In this document: positions 1 through 10,282 of the stretch, piece by piece
Position numbering within the stretch: the first letter of the stretch is position 1
Layout of the letters: every line of letters begins with the position of its first letter
DNA from: Candidatus Eisenbergiella pullicola
Lineage (GTDB): Bacteria > Bacillota > Clostridia > Lachnospirales > Lachnospiraceae
Length of the DNA: 64,000 nucleotides
Assembly: GCA_019117385.1 (NCBI GenBank)
Contig: DWZU01000033.1
Span: 12,301 to 76,300 of the forward strand
Direction of reading: 5' to 3'
The notes under the pieces: model-generated
The model's input: the letters and a program-made list of their open reading frames with translations, nothing else
What the model was told of the DNA's origin: nothing
Database searches by the model: none
Position numbers and translations under genes: made by a program

Positions 1-327
1 GCTCTCTTTCACATAAGGTTTTGGAACCGAATACTGCGCCGCAGATGCCAGCAAAAGCTCCTCAGCCCGTTCCGTCAGGATCCGCTCCTCCTTTTCTTCG
101 TCCGTCAGGGACACCTCCTTCCTGCGTTGTCTCACTTCCGGCATTCGCAGAACCGCCCTGACGTGTTCCCGAATCGGCAGCCCCATATACTGCCGCAGTT
201 CCTGCTGGGCTACCTCTATTTTCCTTTCGGAAAACGCCTCCTGCAGCGCTTTCAGCGGCGCCAGACAGCCGAAATCCACCAGCGTACCCGCCCAGTCAAA
301 AATAACCGCTTCTATTTTCCTCTCCAT
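1..327 (-). CDS. Phosphonoacetaldehyde hydrolase (PhnX)-like HAD hydrolase, 3' part runs off the window
   Basis: Not in the ORF track. Manual translation from ATG 327 (RBS GGAGG upstream) gives MERKIEAVIFDWAGTLVDFGCLAP..., open to base 1. DWAGTxVDxG is the phosphonatase motif I. The cap segment reads MGLPIREH instead of MGLxKxxH. Confidence 0.8.
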   Translation of the reverse strand, partial: MERKIEAVIFDWAGTLVDFGCLAPLKALQEAFSERKIEVAQQELRQYMGLPIREHVRAVLRMPEVRQRRKEVSLTDEEKEERILTERAEELLLASAAQYSVPKPYVKES

Positions 328-616
328 GTCTTCTTTCCTCCTGCATTGTACGGATTTCTCAGTGGGTTTTCCCAATTCAATTTGCCGTTTTTTCCTAGGA
401 TTGCCCTGATTTCGAAAATAATACTCTTTTTTCCATAACCGCGATCCGTTTTCATTGTATCAGGAGCGCTTTTCGCCTTCTATCCGAAGTATGAAAAGGG
501 AACGCAAAAAATAGTAAAATTTTTTTCCTTCGACCCCGTTTTGATCCCGGTCGAACCGTATTCTGTATATACAAGATAACAAATCGCAAAAATCATTGAG
601 AAAAGGAGACAACGAT

Positions 617-1564
617 ATGATGAGAAAAAATCTGAAACAGACCCTGCTGACCGCGCTGTTCCCCTTCGCTGCATCCGCAATTTTGCTGGGCTGCAGCCCT
701 CAGGCCTCCAGCGCGTCCTCTTCGGAACCCGCGACCGCAGCGCCTGCTGCCGTCATCCAGACGCAATCCCCCGCTTCCCCTGAGTCCCTCGCTGCAACAG
801 TTTCTCAGACAGCAGGCTCGATCCTTCTCAGCGTCAATCCGGAAATTGAAATCGAGTACGACGGCCGTGGAATGGTCACGGCGCTGGAAGGAATGAACGA
901 GGACGGCAAAACCGTCATCGCCGGTTATGCGGACTATCAGGGAAAAGAATGCCGCGCGGTGGTCAATGACCTGATACGCAGGATGTATGAATCCGGCTAC
1001 TTCGATCAGACCGTAGAGGGACATGAAAAGAATATCGTCGTGAAGCTGATGCAGGGATCCTCTTCTCCGGACGATGATTTTCTCGAAGATGTGGCGGAAG
1101 GAGTCCGGCAGGCCGTCAGAACCTGTGATCTCGATGCTTCTCCCATTTCCATCAGCAAAAAAGATCTGGACTCCAACGGGCTGATCGGCCTGGAAAAGGC
1201 GAAGGAGATTGTTCTGGCTCAGCTGGGCCTTTCGGAAGCGGACTTCACGGAACGGGACTACGAGCTGGATGATGGCGTCTATGAACTGGAATTTACTGCC
1301 AACGGCGTGGAATATGAGTACGAAGTCAACGCCTTCAACGGCAAGGTACTGGAAGCGGACCGGGAGCATAACGATGACTGGGGACATTTCGACGACGATC
1401 AGGATGACCGGTATGACGATGATTGGGACGACGATCGGTTCGACGACGACGATTGGGATGATGATTGGGACGATGACGACTGGAATGATGATGACGATTG
1501 GGACGATGATGACTGGGACGATGATGACGACGACCGGTTCGACGATGACGATTGGGACGACTGA
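617..1564 (+). CDS. Lipoprotein with RsgI-like (NP-motif) domain, PepSY-like domain and Asp/Trp-rich tail
   Basis: RBS AAGGAG at 603-608, ATG 617; lipobox LLGC; SILLSVNPEIEI...MNEDG segment; IGLEKAKEIVL...YELEF...YEYEVNAFNGKVL PepSY-like segment; acidic tail. Confidence 0.8.
   Translation: MMRKNLKQTLLTALFPFAASAILLGCSPQASSASSSEPATAAPAAVIQTQSPASPESLAATVSQTAGSILLSVNPEIEIEYDGRGMVTALEGMNEDGKTVIAGYADYQGKECRAVVNDLIRRMYESGYFDQTVEGHEKNIVVKLMQGSSSPDDDFLEDVAEGVRQAVRTCDLDASPISISKKDLDSNGLIGLEKAKEIVLAQLGLSEADFTERDYELDDGVYELEFTANGVEYEYEVNAFNGKVLEADREHNDDWGHFDDDQDDRYDDDWDDDRFDDDDWDDDWDDDDWNDDDDWDDDDWDDDDDDRFDDDDWDD
1373..1561 (+). repeat. Degenerate GAY-rich/TGG tandem repeat encoding (D3-6)W/RF units
   Basis: Read directly: encodes DDW...DDDWDDDRFDDDDWDDDWDDDDWNDDDDWDDDDWDDDDDDRFDDDDWDD. 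Confidence 0.9.
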
Positions 1565-1641
1565 GACTCAGGCGAAACGGAATCCGGATTTCCGGAATGC
1601 CGTCATGAATCGGGAATTCACAAAGAGCCCCTAAGGAGACC

Positions 1642-1854
1642 TTCTGCCAGTCCCTGGTCTACGGCGCCGGGCGCAATTTCGCCCAGCAGTACGGGGCCCT
1701 CAACGGGGAAATGGTGGGCAGCATCCCCGTCGGCATCGAAACCCGCGGAAACGGCGATGTGCCCTTCTGGCCCATGGAAAACAACGCCACCTACAAGGAA
1801 GTCTGGACCACCTCTGCCGGGCGGTGGCTGTCTTTGGCTGCGGAACTGTACTGA
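1642..1854 (+). pseudogene. Orphan C-terminal about 70 aa of a GH9-like glycoside hydrolase
   Basis: Frame reads FCQSLVYGAGRNFAQQYGALNGEMVGSIPVGIETRGNGDVPFWPMENNATYKEVWTTSAGRWLSLAAELY-stop. In-frame stop upstream at 1606-1608 and no RBS/start. Resembles the C-terminus of gut-bacterial GH9-like proteins (from memory). Confidence 0.6.
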
Positions 1855-1863
1855 ACCGTAATT

Positions 1864-4278
1864 TCATCTGATGTCATATACGCTGCGGACGCCGAACTTT
1901 TCGGCGTCCCCGCGCAGAATGCGGATCTGCCTGCTCCCTCCTTCCAGATCGAAAAAGTTATCTTCCAGCACCGCATCCCCGTCTATGCCATACAGCTCCA
2001 CGCCCCGGGCAAAAGCTTTTGTCCGGACGGTCAGAAGATCTCCCCGCTTTTCCACCGACAGCTCCGGATCCCGGAAACGGTAATGCTTGGGCGCGGTGAA
2101 CAGCGCCGTTCCGCTGCTGACGGTCTGCCCGTCCCGTTTCAGAGCATAGGAAAAATGCTGCTCCAGAATGTCCACCTGGGGAAATTCCAGTTTCCGAAGC
2201 CAGCGGGCGGACAGCGGCTCCGCTTCCACTTCTTCTTCCCCGCTCTGCAGGATATTGCCGAAAGCGTCCCTCAGCTGCCACTCCACCGTTGCGCGAAATG
2301 CGGTCCTGGTTTCGTTGCAGACGCACAGCTGCATGGCGTTTTTCACTTCTGAGGGCTGGGCCACCACAGAGCTTCTCTGGGTGAGTTCATTCTCCTCCTG
2401 GCAGGAAACCGTCACCGGCGCAAAGAACCGCTTCGCCGCGTAGTGAAGCGCTTTCCAGCGGCCGAAATAGTCGATGGACGACCAGGAAGCCACCGGCCAG
2501 ATATCGTTGAGCTGCCAGTAGATGGCGCCCATGCACCTGCCCCGGTTTCTCCGGAAATGCTCCACGCCGTACCGGATGGCATCCGCCTGCAGCATCTGGG
2601 ACGCATACAGCAGTTCCGCGAAACCGGAAGGATACAGATACGTCATGGAAAGATACTGCAGGATCTTTCCGTTCGCCCCTTCGTTGCGCTGGTGCCGCTC
2701 CATCACCCTCGAAAAGACGTTACGGTCCTCCGGCAGGGTGAAGCTCTCCACGGTGCGCAGACAGGGGAAGGACTGGAACCCGAATTCCGACAGATAGCGG
2801 AAGCAGAAATCCCGATAGGCCGTAAAAGGAAGGCCGGAATGCCACACATCCCAGTTGTGTACATCCCCCCTGTCCGGACTGTTGGGTTCGTCATAACATC
2901 CGCCGGAGGACGGGGAGGAAGGCCAGAAGAAGGTATCCGGATCTTCCTTTTTGAGGATCCGGGGAACGATCTGTTCGAAAATCCGGATATAGACAGCTTT
3001 TGTCTTACAGTCTCCGCCGTATTTCCCCTGCTGCGACAGCCACTCCATCTCGTTGTTGCCGCACCACAGGCCCAGGCAAGCATGGTGCCGGATCCGCCGC
3101 ACGTTTTCCGCGATCTCCGCCGATATGTTTTCCTCGAATTCATCGGTCAGGCGGTAGTTGGCGCAGGCAAACATCAGGTCCTGCCAGACCACCAGCCCCA
3201 GCTCATCGCAGGCGTTATAAAAATCGTCCCCCGGATAATAGCCGCCGCCCCAGACGCGGATGATGTTAAAATGGCAGTCCCGGCAGTCTTCCAAAAGCCG
3301 CCTGGTCCGTTCCGGCGTCACCCGGGCGAGAACGCTGTCCTCCGGAATGTAATTCGCCCCCATGGCAAAAAACGGCACCCCGTTCACTTCATGGGCGAAG
3401 CCCTCCCCGTATTCGTCCTCCTGCCGCCGCACCGTCAGCGTCCTGAGCCCGATACGGCGCACCGCTTCCTCGAGGATTTCCCCGCCGTCTCCCTTCAGGC
3501 AGACCCGCACTTCATACAGCGGCTGTTCCCCCAGGCCGTTGGGCCACCAGAGACGTGGGCTTTCCACAGCGATTTCCTCCCCGTTTGGAATCCGCCGTTC
3601 CCTGCCCTCCGGATCCTTCAACAGGATTTCCGCGCCGGCCGGTTCCGCCGTCACCGTAAGGAAGACGCCGTCTTCGTGCCGCTGCCGGATGCGCACCTCT
3701 CCCAGCCGGCGCTCCCCCCAGGCCAGCAGGGAAACGCCCTTCCAGATTCCCGCGTCGGGAAGGCGGGGCCCCCAGTCCCAGCCGAACATGCAGTGGGGTT
3801 TTCTGATCTGCGGAAATCCCCGCATGGCATGTTGGGTTCCTCCCACGTGATATTCTCCGTCCCGTTCCCGGATAAAACGGGTGGGGGATAAAATTCTGAC
3901 CCGCAGCTCGTTATCGGAAGGGCGCAGCAGTCCCGTCACCTCCCACTCCCAGCTGCGAAAAAAATTGTCTGCCCTTCCGATCTGTACGCCGTTCAAAAAC
4001 ACGCTGGCAACAGTGTCGATTCCTTCAAAGCAGATCGCCGCATGGGCTGCCTCCAGCGCTTCCTTCGACGCGTCGAAGGTTTTGCAAAACGTGAAATCCT
4101 CTTCCATCAGCGCCAGGGCGTCCAGTTCATTTTCCCGGTAAAACGGATCCTCCATTTTCCCCGCATCCAGCAGGAAGGAATATACCGACCCGGGGATCCG
4201 GCCGGACACCGTTTCCCCGTTTTCCCGATGCAGCTCCCAGATTCCGTTCAGATTCCATTTCCTCATCTTTATCTTCAT
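1864..4278 (-). CDS. GH2 beta-mannosidase
   Basis: [30 protein letters not shown] and YWQLNDIWP motifs of GH2 beta-mannosidases; no signal peptide. Confidence 0.92.
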   Translation of the reverse strand: MKIKMRKWNLNGIWELHRENGETVSGRIPGSVYSFLLDAGKMEDPFYRENELDALALMEEDFTFCKTFDASKEALEAAHAAICFEGIDTVASVFLNGVQIGRADNFFRSWEWEVTGLLRPSDNELRVRILSPTRFIRERDGEYHVGGTQHAMRGFPQIRKPHCMFGWDWGPRLPDAGIWKGVSLLAWGERRLGEVRIRQRHEDGVFLTVTAEPAGAEILLKDPEGRERRIPNGEEIAVESPRLWWPNGLGEQPLYEVRVCLKGDGGEILEEAVRRIGLRTLTVRRQEDEYGEGFAHEVNGVPFFAMGANYIPEDSVLARVTPERTRRLLEDCRDCHFNIIRVWGGGYYPGDDFYNACDELGLVVWQDLMFACANYRLTDEFEENISAEIAENVRRIRHHACLGLWCGNNEMEWLSQQGKYGGDCKTKAVYIRIFEQIVPRILKKEDPDTFFWPSSPSSGGCYDEPNSPDRGDVHNWDVWHSGLPFTAYRDFCFRYLSEFGFQSFPCLRTVESFTLPEDRNVFSRVMERHQRNEGANGKILQYLSMTYLYPSGFAELLYASQMLQADAIRYGVEHFRRNRGRCMGAIYWQLNDIWPVASWSSIDYFGRWKALHYAAKRFFAPVTVSCQEENELTQRSSVVAQPSEVKNAMQLCVCNETRTAFRATVEWQLRDAFGNILQSGEEEVEAEPLSARWLRKLEFPQVDILEQHFSYALKRDGQTVSSGTALFTAPKHYRFRDPELSVEKRGDLLTVRTKAFARGVELYGIDGDAVLEDNFFDLEGGSRQIRILRGDAEKFGVRSVYDIR

Positions 4279-4312
4279 TCCTCCGCGTTGAAGCGCCGCG
4301 AATCCGGTCCCC

Positions 4313-5254
4313 TTATCCTTTGACCGATCCGATCATCACGCCTTTTTCAAAATATTTCTGCAAAAACGGGAAAACGATCAGCATGGGCACGGTGGAAACC
4401 ACAATGACCCCGTATTTGATCAGGTTCATCACGTCCGCCTGTTCCAGCATCGCCTGCATGGCTCCGGCATCCACCACGTTATTCCCTTCCAGAATGGTGG
4501 TCATCAGTTTGCTCTGGATCAGGATCTCCCGCAAAATCAGCTGCAGGGGATATTTCTCCCTGTCGCTCAGATAGATCATCGCGTTGAAATACTCGTTCCA
4601 GTGCCCCACGCCATAATACAGCGCCATCACCACGATGATCGGCTTTGACAGGGGCAGCACCAGCTTTCGGAAAATCCCGAAATCGCTGCATCCGTCGATC
4701 ATCGCCGCCTCATGCAGCTCCCAGGAAATTCCCGCGAAGAAGGTGCGGGACACGATCAGGTTGTAGACCGATACCAGCCCGCCGAGCATCATATACAGCC
4801 GGGTGTTTAAAAGGCCGAAATCCCGGACGTTCAAATACATGGGGATCAGGCCGCCGCTGAAATACATGGTAACGATGAAAATTTTCATCAGCGGCCCCCT
4901 TCCCGGAAGGTCCTTTCGGGACAGGGCGTAGGCGCAGGGAAGGGTCACCAGCAGGTTTAAAACCGTTCCGCCCACCGTATAGAGGATCGTATTGGCATAG
5001 CCCGAGAAAATATCGTCATACTGGAGAATATACTCGTATCCCTCCAGCGTAAATCCCTTCGGAAGAAGGATCAGGTTTCCCGCCGCCACTTCCTTCGGAT
5101 CGCTGACCGAAGCGCTCAGCACGAACAGAAGGGGATAGAGGGCGATCACCACCGTGACGGCGAGCACGGCGAATATAATGACCGTAAACGCCAGATCGTT
5201 AAGGCTCATTTTCTTCCTATGTCTCGCCGCGTTCAAAGCAGTCTGATTTTTCAT
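4313..5254 (-). CDS. Carbohydrate ABC transporter permease (LplC/YtcP type)
   Basis: Multiple TM helices; EAAMIDG EAA loop; C-terminal [12 protein letters not shown]. Confidence 0.93.
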   Translation of the reverse strand: MKNQTALNAARHRKKMSLNDLAFTVIIFAVLAVTVVIALYPLLFVLSASVSDPKEVAAGNLILLPKGFTLEGYEYILQYDDIFSGYANTILYTVGGTVLNLLVTLPCAYALSRKDLPGRGPLMKIFIVTMYFSGGLIPMYLNVRDFGLLNTRLYMMLGGLVSVYNLIVSRTFFAGISWELHEAAMIDGCSDFGIFRKLVLPLSKPIIVVMALYYGVGHWNEYFNAMIYLSDREKYPLQLILREILIQSKLMTTILEGNNVVDAGAMQAMLEQADVMNLIKYGVIVVSTVPMLIVFPFLQKYFEKGVMIGSVKG

Positions 5255-5266
5255 CTCATCCCCTCC

Positions 5267-6184
5267 TTACCACAGGCTCGTCTCCCCGGCTTTCCGGGAA
5301 ATGAAGTTGGCCGCCACCAGAATGATGCAGTTGATTACGGAATTGAACAGCCCGACCGCCGTGGAGAAGGAATAGCTGTTATTTTCCAGGCCCACCTTAT
5401 ATACATAGGTAGAAATGATCTCGGAGGCCATCAGGTTGGAATCGTTCTGCAAAAGATAGACCTTTTCGTATCCGATCCCCAGCAGGGAACCGCAGTTTAG
5501 AATGAATACGATCACCATGGTGGGAATCAGCGCAGGCAGATTCACGTGCAAAATCCGCTGAAACCGGGATGCCCCGTCCATCTCCGCCGCTTCCAGGATC
5601 TCTTTGTCCACGGAAGCCAGGGCCGCGAAATAGATAATGCTCCCCCACCCGGCTTCCTGCCAGATGCCCGACAGCACATAAATCCACTTAAACGCCCCGC
5701 TCTCCTGCATGAAAAAGATCGGTTCCCCGCCCAGCATCTCGATAAACTTGTTCACGATCCCGCTGCTGGGGCTTAAAAACAGGGTCAGCATACCGCAGAC
5801 CACCACGATGGAAATGAAATGGGGGGCAAACAGCACCGTCTGGATGGATTTGCGCGCCCGGTTATTCTTCACTTCGTTCAGGATCAGCGCGATGATCACG
5901 GATGCCGGAAATCCCAGGATCAGCGCCAGCACGCTCAGCGTCAGGGTATTTTTCAGAATGATGGGGAACCAGAAGGAAGAGAACAGTTTTTCGAACTGCT
6001 CCAGGCCCACCCACGGGCTCCCCAGCACTCCCTTCTTGAAACTGTAATCCTTAAACGCGATGATCAGGCCGTACATGGGTTTGTAGTTGAACAAAATCAC
6101 ATACAACAGCGCCGGGACGATCATCAGATAAAGCTGCCACCTGGGCAGAATTTTCGTTCTGTTCTTGCCTTTGGTTTTCGTCAT
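5267..6184 (-). CDS. Carbohydrate ABC transporter permease (LplB/YteP type)
   Basis: YKPMYGLIIAFKDY, EAAEMDGASRFQ, IISTYVYKVGL. Confidence 0.93.
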   Translation of the reverse strand: MTKTKGKNRTKILPRWQLYLMIVPALLYVILFNYKPMYGLIIAFKDYSFKKGVLGSPWVGLEQFEKLFSSFWFPIILKNTLTLSVLALILGFPASVIIALILNEVKNNRARKSIQTVLFAPHFISIVVVCGMLTLFLSPSSGIVNKFIEMLGGEPIFFMQESGAFKWIYVLSGIWQEAGWGSIIYFAALASVDKEILEAAEMDGASRFQRILHVNLPALIPTMVIVFILNCGSLLGIGYEKVYLLQNDSNLMASEIISTYVYKVGLENNSYSFSTAVGLFNSVINCIILVAANFISRKAGETSLW

Positions 6185-6204
6185 CCTCTTTTCCTCTTTC
6201 CTCT

Positions 6205-8364
6205 TTACGTTCCCTTGTTTTTTCTGTACTGGGAGGCGTTGATCCCATAAGTCTGCTTGAATTTCTTCCGAAAGCCGGGCACGTCGAAGTATCCCACGCT
6301 TTCCGCGATCTCCTGAATGGTCAGGTCCGTTTCCAGAAGCTTCTTTCTGGCCTCTTCCATCCTCAGGCCGCTCAGATAATCGATATAGCGGATTCCGAGC
6401 CTTTTCTTAAACAGCCTGCTGACATAGGTCTTGGAAAGATGGAACCGTTCGGCCACGTTTTCCAGGGAGAAATCGTTTCTCCAGAAATTTTCCCGGATAT
6501 ACTCCAGGATGCTGTCCATCAGCGGATCCGCTTCCCGGGAGCAGATTTCCTCCACCGCTTCCTGCATTCCCTTCAGGAACGCGGACGTATCCCCCAGGTT
6601 GAGGGCGCTGACTTTTTCCAGCGTCTCCGCCCCTTTTTCCGGCTCCTGATTCTGCAAAAATGCGATCATGTAGCGAAGCAGGCAGAAACAGCGGTAGTAC
6701 AGCTGTTCCCTGTCCGGCCCTTCTTCCCCGATCAGGCGGGCGAGGACCACTTGCGCCGCTTTCGCATCCCGCTCCGTCAGCGCCCGGTCAAATTTGCTCA
6801 GTTCTTCGTCCCCTTCGATTTTCTGCCTGCTCTCGTCCTCCAGCTTTCTCGTGCAGAAAAAGACTTCCGGGAGCTTTTCGGACGAAGCGAATTCCTGAAA
6901 CCGCTCCATGGTTTCCATCCAGGCATAGGCGATCATGTGCTTTTTCTCGTAAACATTGCTGATGATCACCGTCAGCTGTTCCCTTTTGTCCGCGAAAAAT
7001 CCAGACAGGCGGTCTCCCTGCTGCGCTCTCGCCGCCCGGTTGTCGTCCTCATTGGGCATTTGCAGCAGGAATTCATATACCGTGCGGTTTTGCAGCTGGT
7101 CGCAGCAGCAGATTTCCTCCTGCATTTCCCCCACGGCCTCCCGTTTCGGCTGCGGTTCCGCGCCGTCTTTCCTGCAGATCAGGCACACCGCGTAATACTC
7201 CCCGTAAAGCTCCTGCCCGCAGGCTTCCAGCAGCCGTTCCGCCTGGGCCACGTTGGTATACGTGCCGTGCAGAAGTTCCATGGCCCCCTGCTGCCGCACG
7301 ATTGCCCGGTATTCTTCGATGATCGTTTTGGACGCGTCGTTTTCCCGTACGATTCCCTTCACCGCTTCCTGCAAAAACTCCCATTCGTCCCGGTATTCCC
7401 TCCGGATCCCTGCCCGGCCTGCGCCCACCAGTCTGACCACCTTCTCCGTTTTCCGGTAATAGTTCAGGCTGATCCGAAAAGCTACGGCCCCGGAAAGGAC
7501 CATCAGCGCGGACATCAGCACGTACAGCGCGATATGATAGCGGGTCACATCCTCATAGATGGAGCCGTATTTCCAGCAGAAGCAGAAGGCTATCCCCGTA
7601 TCTTCCATCACCATCTCCTTGATCATCCAGTGTTCCTCTCCCTGACCGCCGGGAAATTCTTCTTCTGCGATCGCGGAAAACCCCTCTTCCCCGTTTCCGT
7701 TTAAGTACAGGGTCTGTCCGTTATCCAGTCCGATCTGTACGTACAGTTCCTCCACCTGCAAAAGAGGGGTCAGCAGCTGCGCAAACTCTTCCGCGCTCAT
7801 GCAGAAATTGACAGATCCCTCCTTGCTGTTGAGGGTTTTTCCCATGGGAAAATGAAAGACCAGACCGTAAGATCCGCTTTTCCCGCCGGAAAGCGCGATT
7901 CCTTTCCTATCGCTCCCGATCAGTTCCCTCATCTTTTCCTCGTCCGCCCCGCTGCAGCCCAGCGTATTTTCCACCCAGATATCCATGCTCGTGGATCCCT
8001 GCAGGGAATAAATGGTGCCCGTGCTGTAGGAAACAAAGCAGTCGCTGATCTGTTTATCATAGGAGCAAATCTGCGACAGAATGCCGATTCCCTCCTGAGC
8101 GTAACTTTCCCCCTGCAGCATAGCCGAGGGGGAAAGCTCGCGCATGGCGGACAGCTGGGCGCCTTTGGTGAGGAGATCCCTGTATTTTTTATCCACCGCT
8201 TCAATCACCTGATTGACCGCCAGGGACAGCCTGCTGTCGTCAAGCTTTTTGTATTCTCCGGATATTCCGTGAAAGGCGGCGAGGAGGATGATGAAGAGCG
8301 GAATCAGCAGCCCCACGTAAGAAAAAAACATTTTTTTGAGCATGCCGCTTCTGATTGCGCGCAT
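6205..8364 (-). CDS. Membrane-anchored AraC-family regulator (YtdP/YesS-like)
   Basis: Two TM segments flanking a sensor region; C-terminal AraC HTH (SLENVAERF...YVSRLFK...IAESVGY...FRKKFKQTYG). Confidence 0.9.
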   Translation of the reverse strand: MRAIRSGMLKKMFFSYVGLLIPLFIILLAAFHGISGEYKKLDDSRLSLAVNQVIEAVDKKYRDLLTKGAQLSAMRELSPSAMLQGESYAQEGIGILSQICSYDKQISDCFVSYSTGTIYSLQGSTSMDIWVENTLGCSGADEEKMRELIGSDRKGIALSGGKSGSYGLVFHFPMGKTLNSKEGSVNFCMSAEEFAQLLTPLLQVEELYVQIGLDNGQTLYLNGNGEEGFSAIAEEEFPGGQGEEHWMIKEMVMEDTGIAFCFCWKYGSIYEDVTRYHIALYVLMSALMVLSGAVAFRISLNYYRKTEKVVRLVGAGRAGIRREYRDEWEFLQEAVKGIVRENDASKTIIEEYRAIVRQQGAMELLHGTYTNVAQAERLLEACGQELYGEYYAVCLICRKDGAEPQPKREAVGEMQEEICCCDQLQNRTVYEFLLQMPNEDDNRAARAQQGDRLSGFFADKREQLTVIISNVYEKKHMIAYAWMETMERFQEFASSEKLPEVFFCTRKLEDESRQKIEGDEELSKFDRALTERDAKAAQVVLARLIGEEGPDREQLYYRCFCLLRYMIAFLQNQEPEKGAETLEKVSALNLGDTSAFLKGMQEAVEEICSREADPLMDSILEYIRENFWRNDFSLENVAERFHLSKTYVSRLFKKRLGIRYIDYLSGLRMEEARKKLLETDLTIQEIAESVGYFDVPGFRKKFKQTYGINASQYRKNKGT

Positions 8365-8390
8365 CCTTCCCCGCCTCCTGTTCTTCGCTG

Positions 8391-10106
8391 TTATTTATAC
8401 ATCCTGTCGTAAGCCGCCTGATCGATTTCCAGCATCCGGTCCAGACCCATGTTCTTTACGGTTTCCACATGGGACTCCCACTCGCTGTCGATATCCAGCT
8501 CGCCGGTGATGAATCTGGTGCGCATGGAGCCTAAGTAGGAGCTGATATCCGTATAGATGGTGCTCCGCTCTTCCGCTTCCTCAGCCGTATAGACCAGAGG
8601 AGGGAAGGTTTCCACTACCTGGTCCACGTCTCTGTGCGCCTTTTCCACCAGGACCAGCCAGCCGTAGGAATCCAGCAGCGCATCCAGGTCTTCATCCGTG
8701 GCCTTGTCCATCAGTTCATACTGATATCCTTTTCCCACGCCGTAAACGTTGAACGCCTCATTGGCGATCGCCTTTTTGTAACGGTACTCTTCCGAGGAAG
8801 AATAGCCTTCCGGGCAAACCCTTTCGCGGATCTCATAGTCGAAGGAAATACCGTCCACCTTCTCGTAATTCCAGTCGATCCCTTCGAAGCCGTCAATGGC
8901 TACAGCCGCGCCTTCGTCCGTATAGAAGAAATCCACCAGACGGGCCAGGGCTTCCGGATACTCGGTATCCGCATTGATCAGCACCCTCACGGAGCCCGTA
9001 TTGATATAGTTGTTCACCACGCTGGTGGAAACCGGGTTGTATTCGGAAGTCAGCCCGCCGAACCATGCGCAGGTGCTGTCGAAGGAAATGTCGGAATTCG
9101 CCACCACATAAGGTACGCCAAAAGCGAAGCAGCCCAGCGTATCCGCGGATACCTTCGCGCTCACCTCGTCAAAGGTGTTGGTAAAAGCTTCCTGATCCAT
9201 CAGCCCTTCTTCGTACAGCCGGTTCATAAACTCCAGAAAAGCCCTGTAGTTTTCGGTGATGTCGGCCAGATAAACCTGTCCTTCATCGTCCACCTGCAGG
9301 ATCGTATTCCCGGAGGTGGAGAAAATGCCGAATGCGGACTGTACCGCGACTACGCAGTTGCCGGTAGGGATTTCATCGTCAGGATCGCCGTTGCCGTTTG
9401 CGTCTTCTTCCTTAAATGCTTTCAGCACGTTATAAAAATCTTCCACCGTTTCCGGATAGTCCAGCCCCAGATTGTCCAGCCAGGTCTGTTTGATCCACTG
9501 GCGGTTCGCCAGGCCCACGTCCACGCCGTCGCCCGCTTCCAGTCTGGGCAGTCCGTAAATATTTCCGTCGGGCGCCGTGATCACCGCTTTATACTGGGGA
9601 TACTCTTCCATCACCGCCGTCAGATTGGGCATATACTCCAGATATTCATTGATCGGCAAAAAATAGCCTTCTTCTCCATAGGAATTGGCGTCCGTCTGAG
9701 AAATGCTGGCGTGGATGATCAGATCCGGCAGCTCGTCGGAAGCCATCATCAAAGACAGCTGCGTAGGCCATTCTTCCTGTTCATATACGGTACAGTCCAG
9801 TTTAATGCCGAAGCGCTTTTCGATTTCCTGCACCATGGTGGTTTCGTTCCAGTCTTTTCCTCCGTCGTAAGTGCCCGCCACCGCTACGGTAATCGTTTCA
9901 TCGCAGATCGGATATCCTTCTTTATTGAAATAACTGTCTCCGTCCGCAGCCGCCTGGCCGGAATTCCCGGCCGCAGACGTTTCCGCCGCGCCGCTCTCGG
10001 CCGCGCTCTGCGTACCGCTGTCAGAACCGCATCCGGTCAGCATGGAAAGGGTCATTGCGCTCACCAGGCCTGCGGAGATCAACTTCTTGAGGGCTCTTTT
10101 CTTCAT
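8391..10106 (-). CDS. Carbohydrate ABC transporter solute-binding lipoprotein
   Basis: Lipobox LTGC; LMMASDELPD; DANGNGDPDDEIP; adjacent permeases. Confidence 0.93.
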   Translation of the reverse strand: MKKRALKKLISAGLVSAMTLSMLTGCGSDSGTQSAAESGAAETSAAGNSGQAAADGDSYFNKEGYPICDETITVAVAGTYDGGKDWNETTMVQEIEKRFGIKLDCTVYEQEEWPTQLSLMMASDELPDLIIHASISQTDANSYGEEGYFLPINEYLEYMPNLTAVMEEYPQYKAVITAPDGNIYGLPRLEAGDGVDVGLANRQWIKQTWLDNLGLDYPETVEDFYNVLKAFKEEDANGNGDPDDEIPTGNCVVAVQSAFGIFSTSGNTILQVDDEGQVYLADITENYRAFLEFMNRLYEEGLMDQEAFTNTFDEVSAKVSADTLGCFAFGVPYVVANSDISFDSTCAWFGGLTSEYNPVSTSVVNNYINTGSVRVLINADTEYPEALARLVDFFYTDEGAAVAIDGFEGIDWNYEKVDGISFDYEIRERVCPEGYSSSEEYRYKKAIANEAFNVYGVGKGYQYELMDKATDEDLDALLDSYGWLVLVEKAHRDVDQVVETFPPLVYTAEEAEERSTIYTDISSYLGSMRTRFITGELDIDSEWESHVETVKNMGLDRMLEIDQAAYDRMYK

Positions 10107-10166
10107 ACCCGTCTCCTTCCTTTTTTCAGTTTTCTGTGACCATCCGGATGTGTTTTGTACAGTGCC

Positions 10167-10195
10167 ATTATAGTATCCCCGCTCTTATTTTGTAA
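10167..10195 (-). promoter_or_regulatory. SigA-type promoter of the SBP-AraC-permease-mannosidase operon
   Basis: TTACAA-N17-TATAAT on the minus strand, about 60 nt upstream of ATG 10106. Confidence 0.6.
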
Positions 10196-10264
10196 ATATG
10201 GCTAAAATATCACCCCTTTTTCCCCGATTTTGTGGCTTAATTGACTCGTTTTTTTCAGTCAGGT

Positions 10265-10282
10265 CATTTTTTTACATATTTT
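10265..10282 (+). repeat. 18-bp inverted repeat, left copy (CATTTTTTTACATATTTT)
   Basis: Exact reverse complement of 12515-12532; overlaps the stop codon of the GH42-like gene. Confidence 0.75.

Noticed and set aside
1373-1561. Tandem short repeats as a possible CRISPR array or DGR
   Set aside because: In-frame, codon-level Asp/Trp repeats with no unique spacers; no cas or reverse transcriptase gene in the window.
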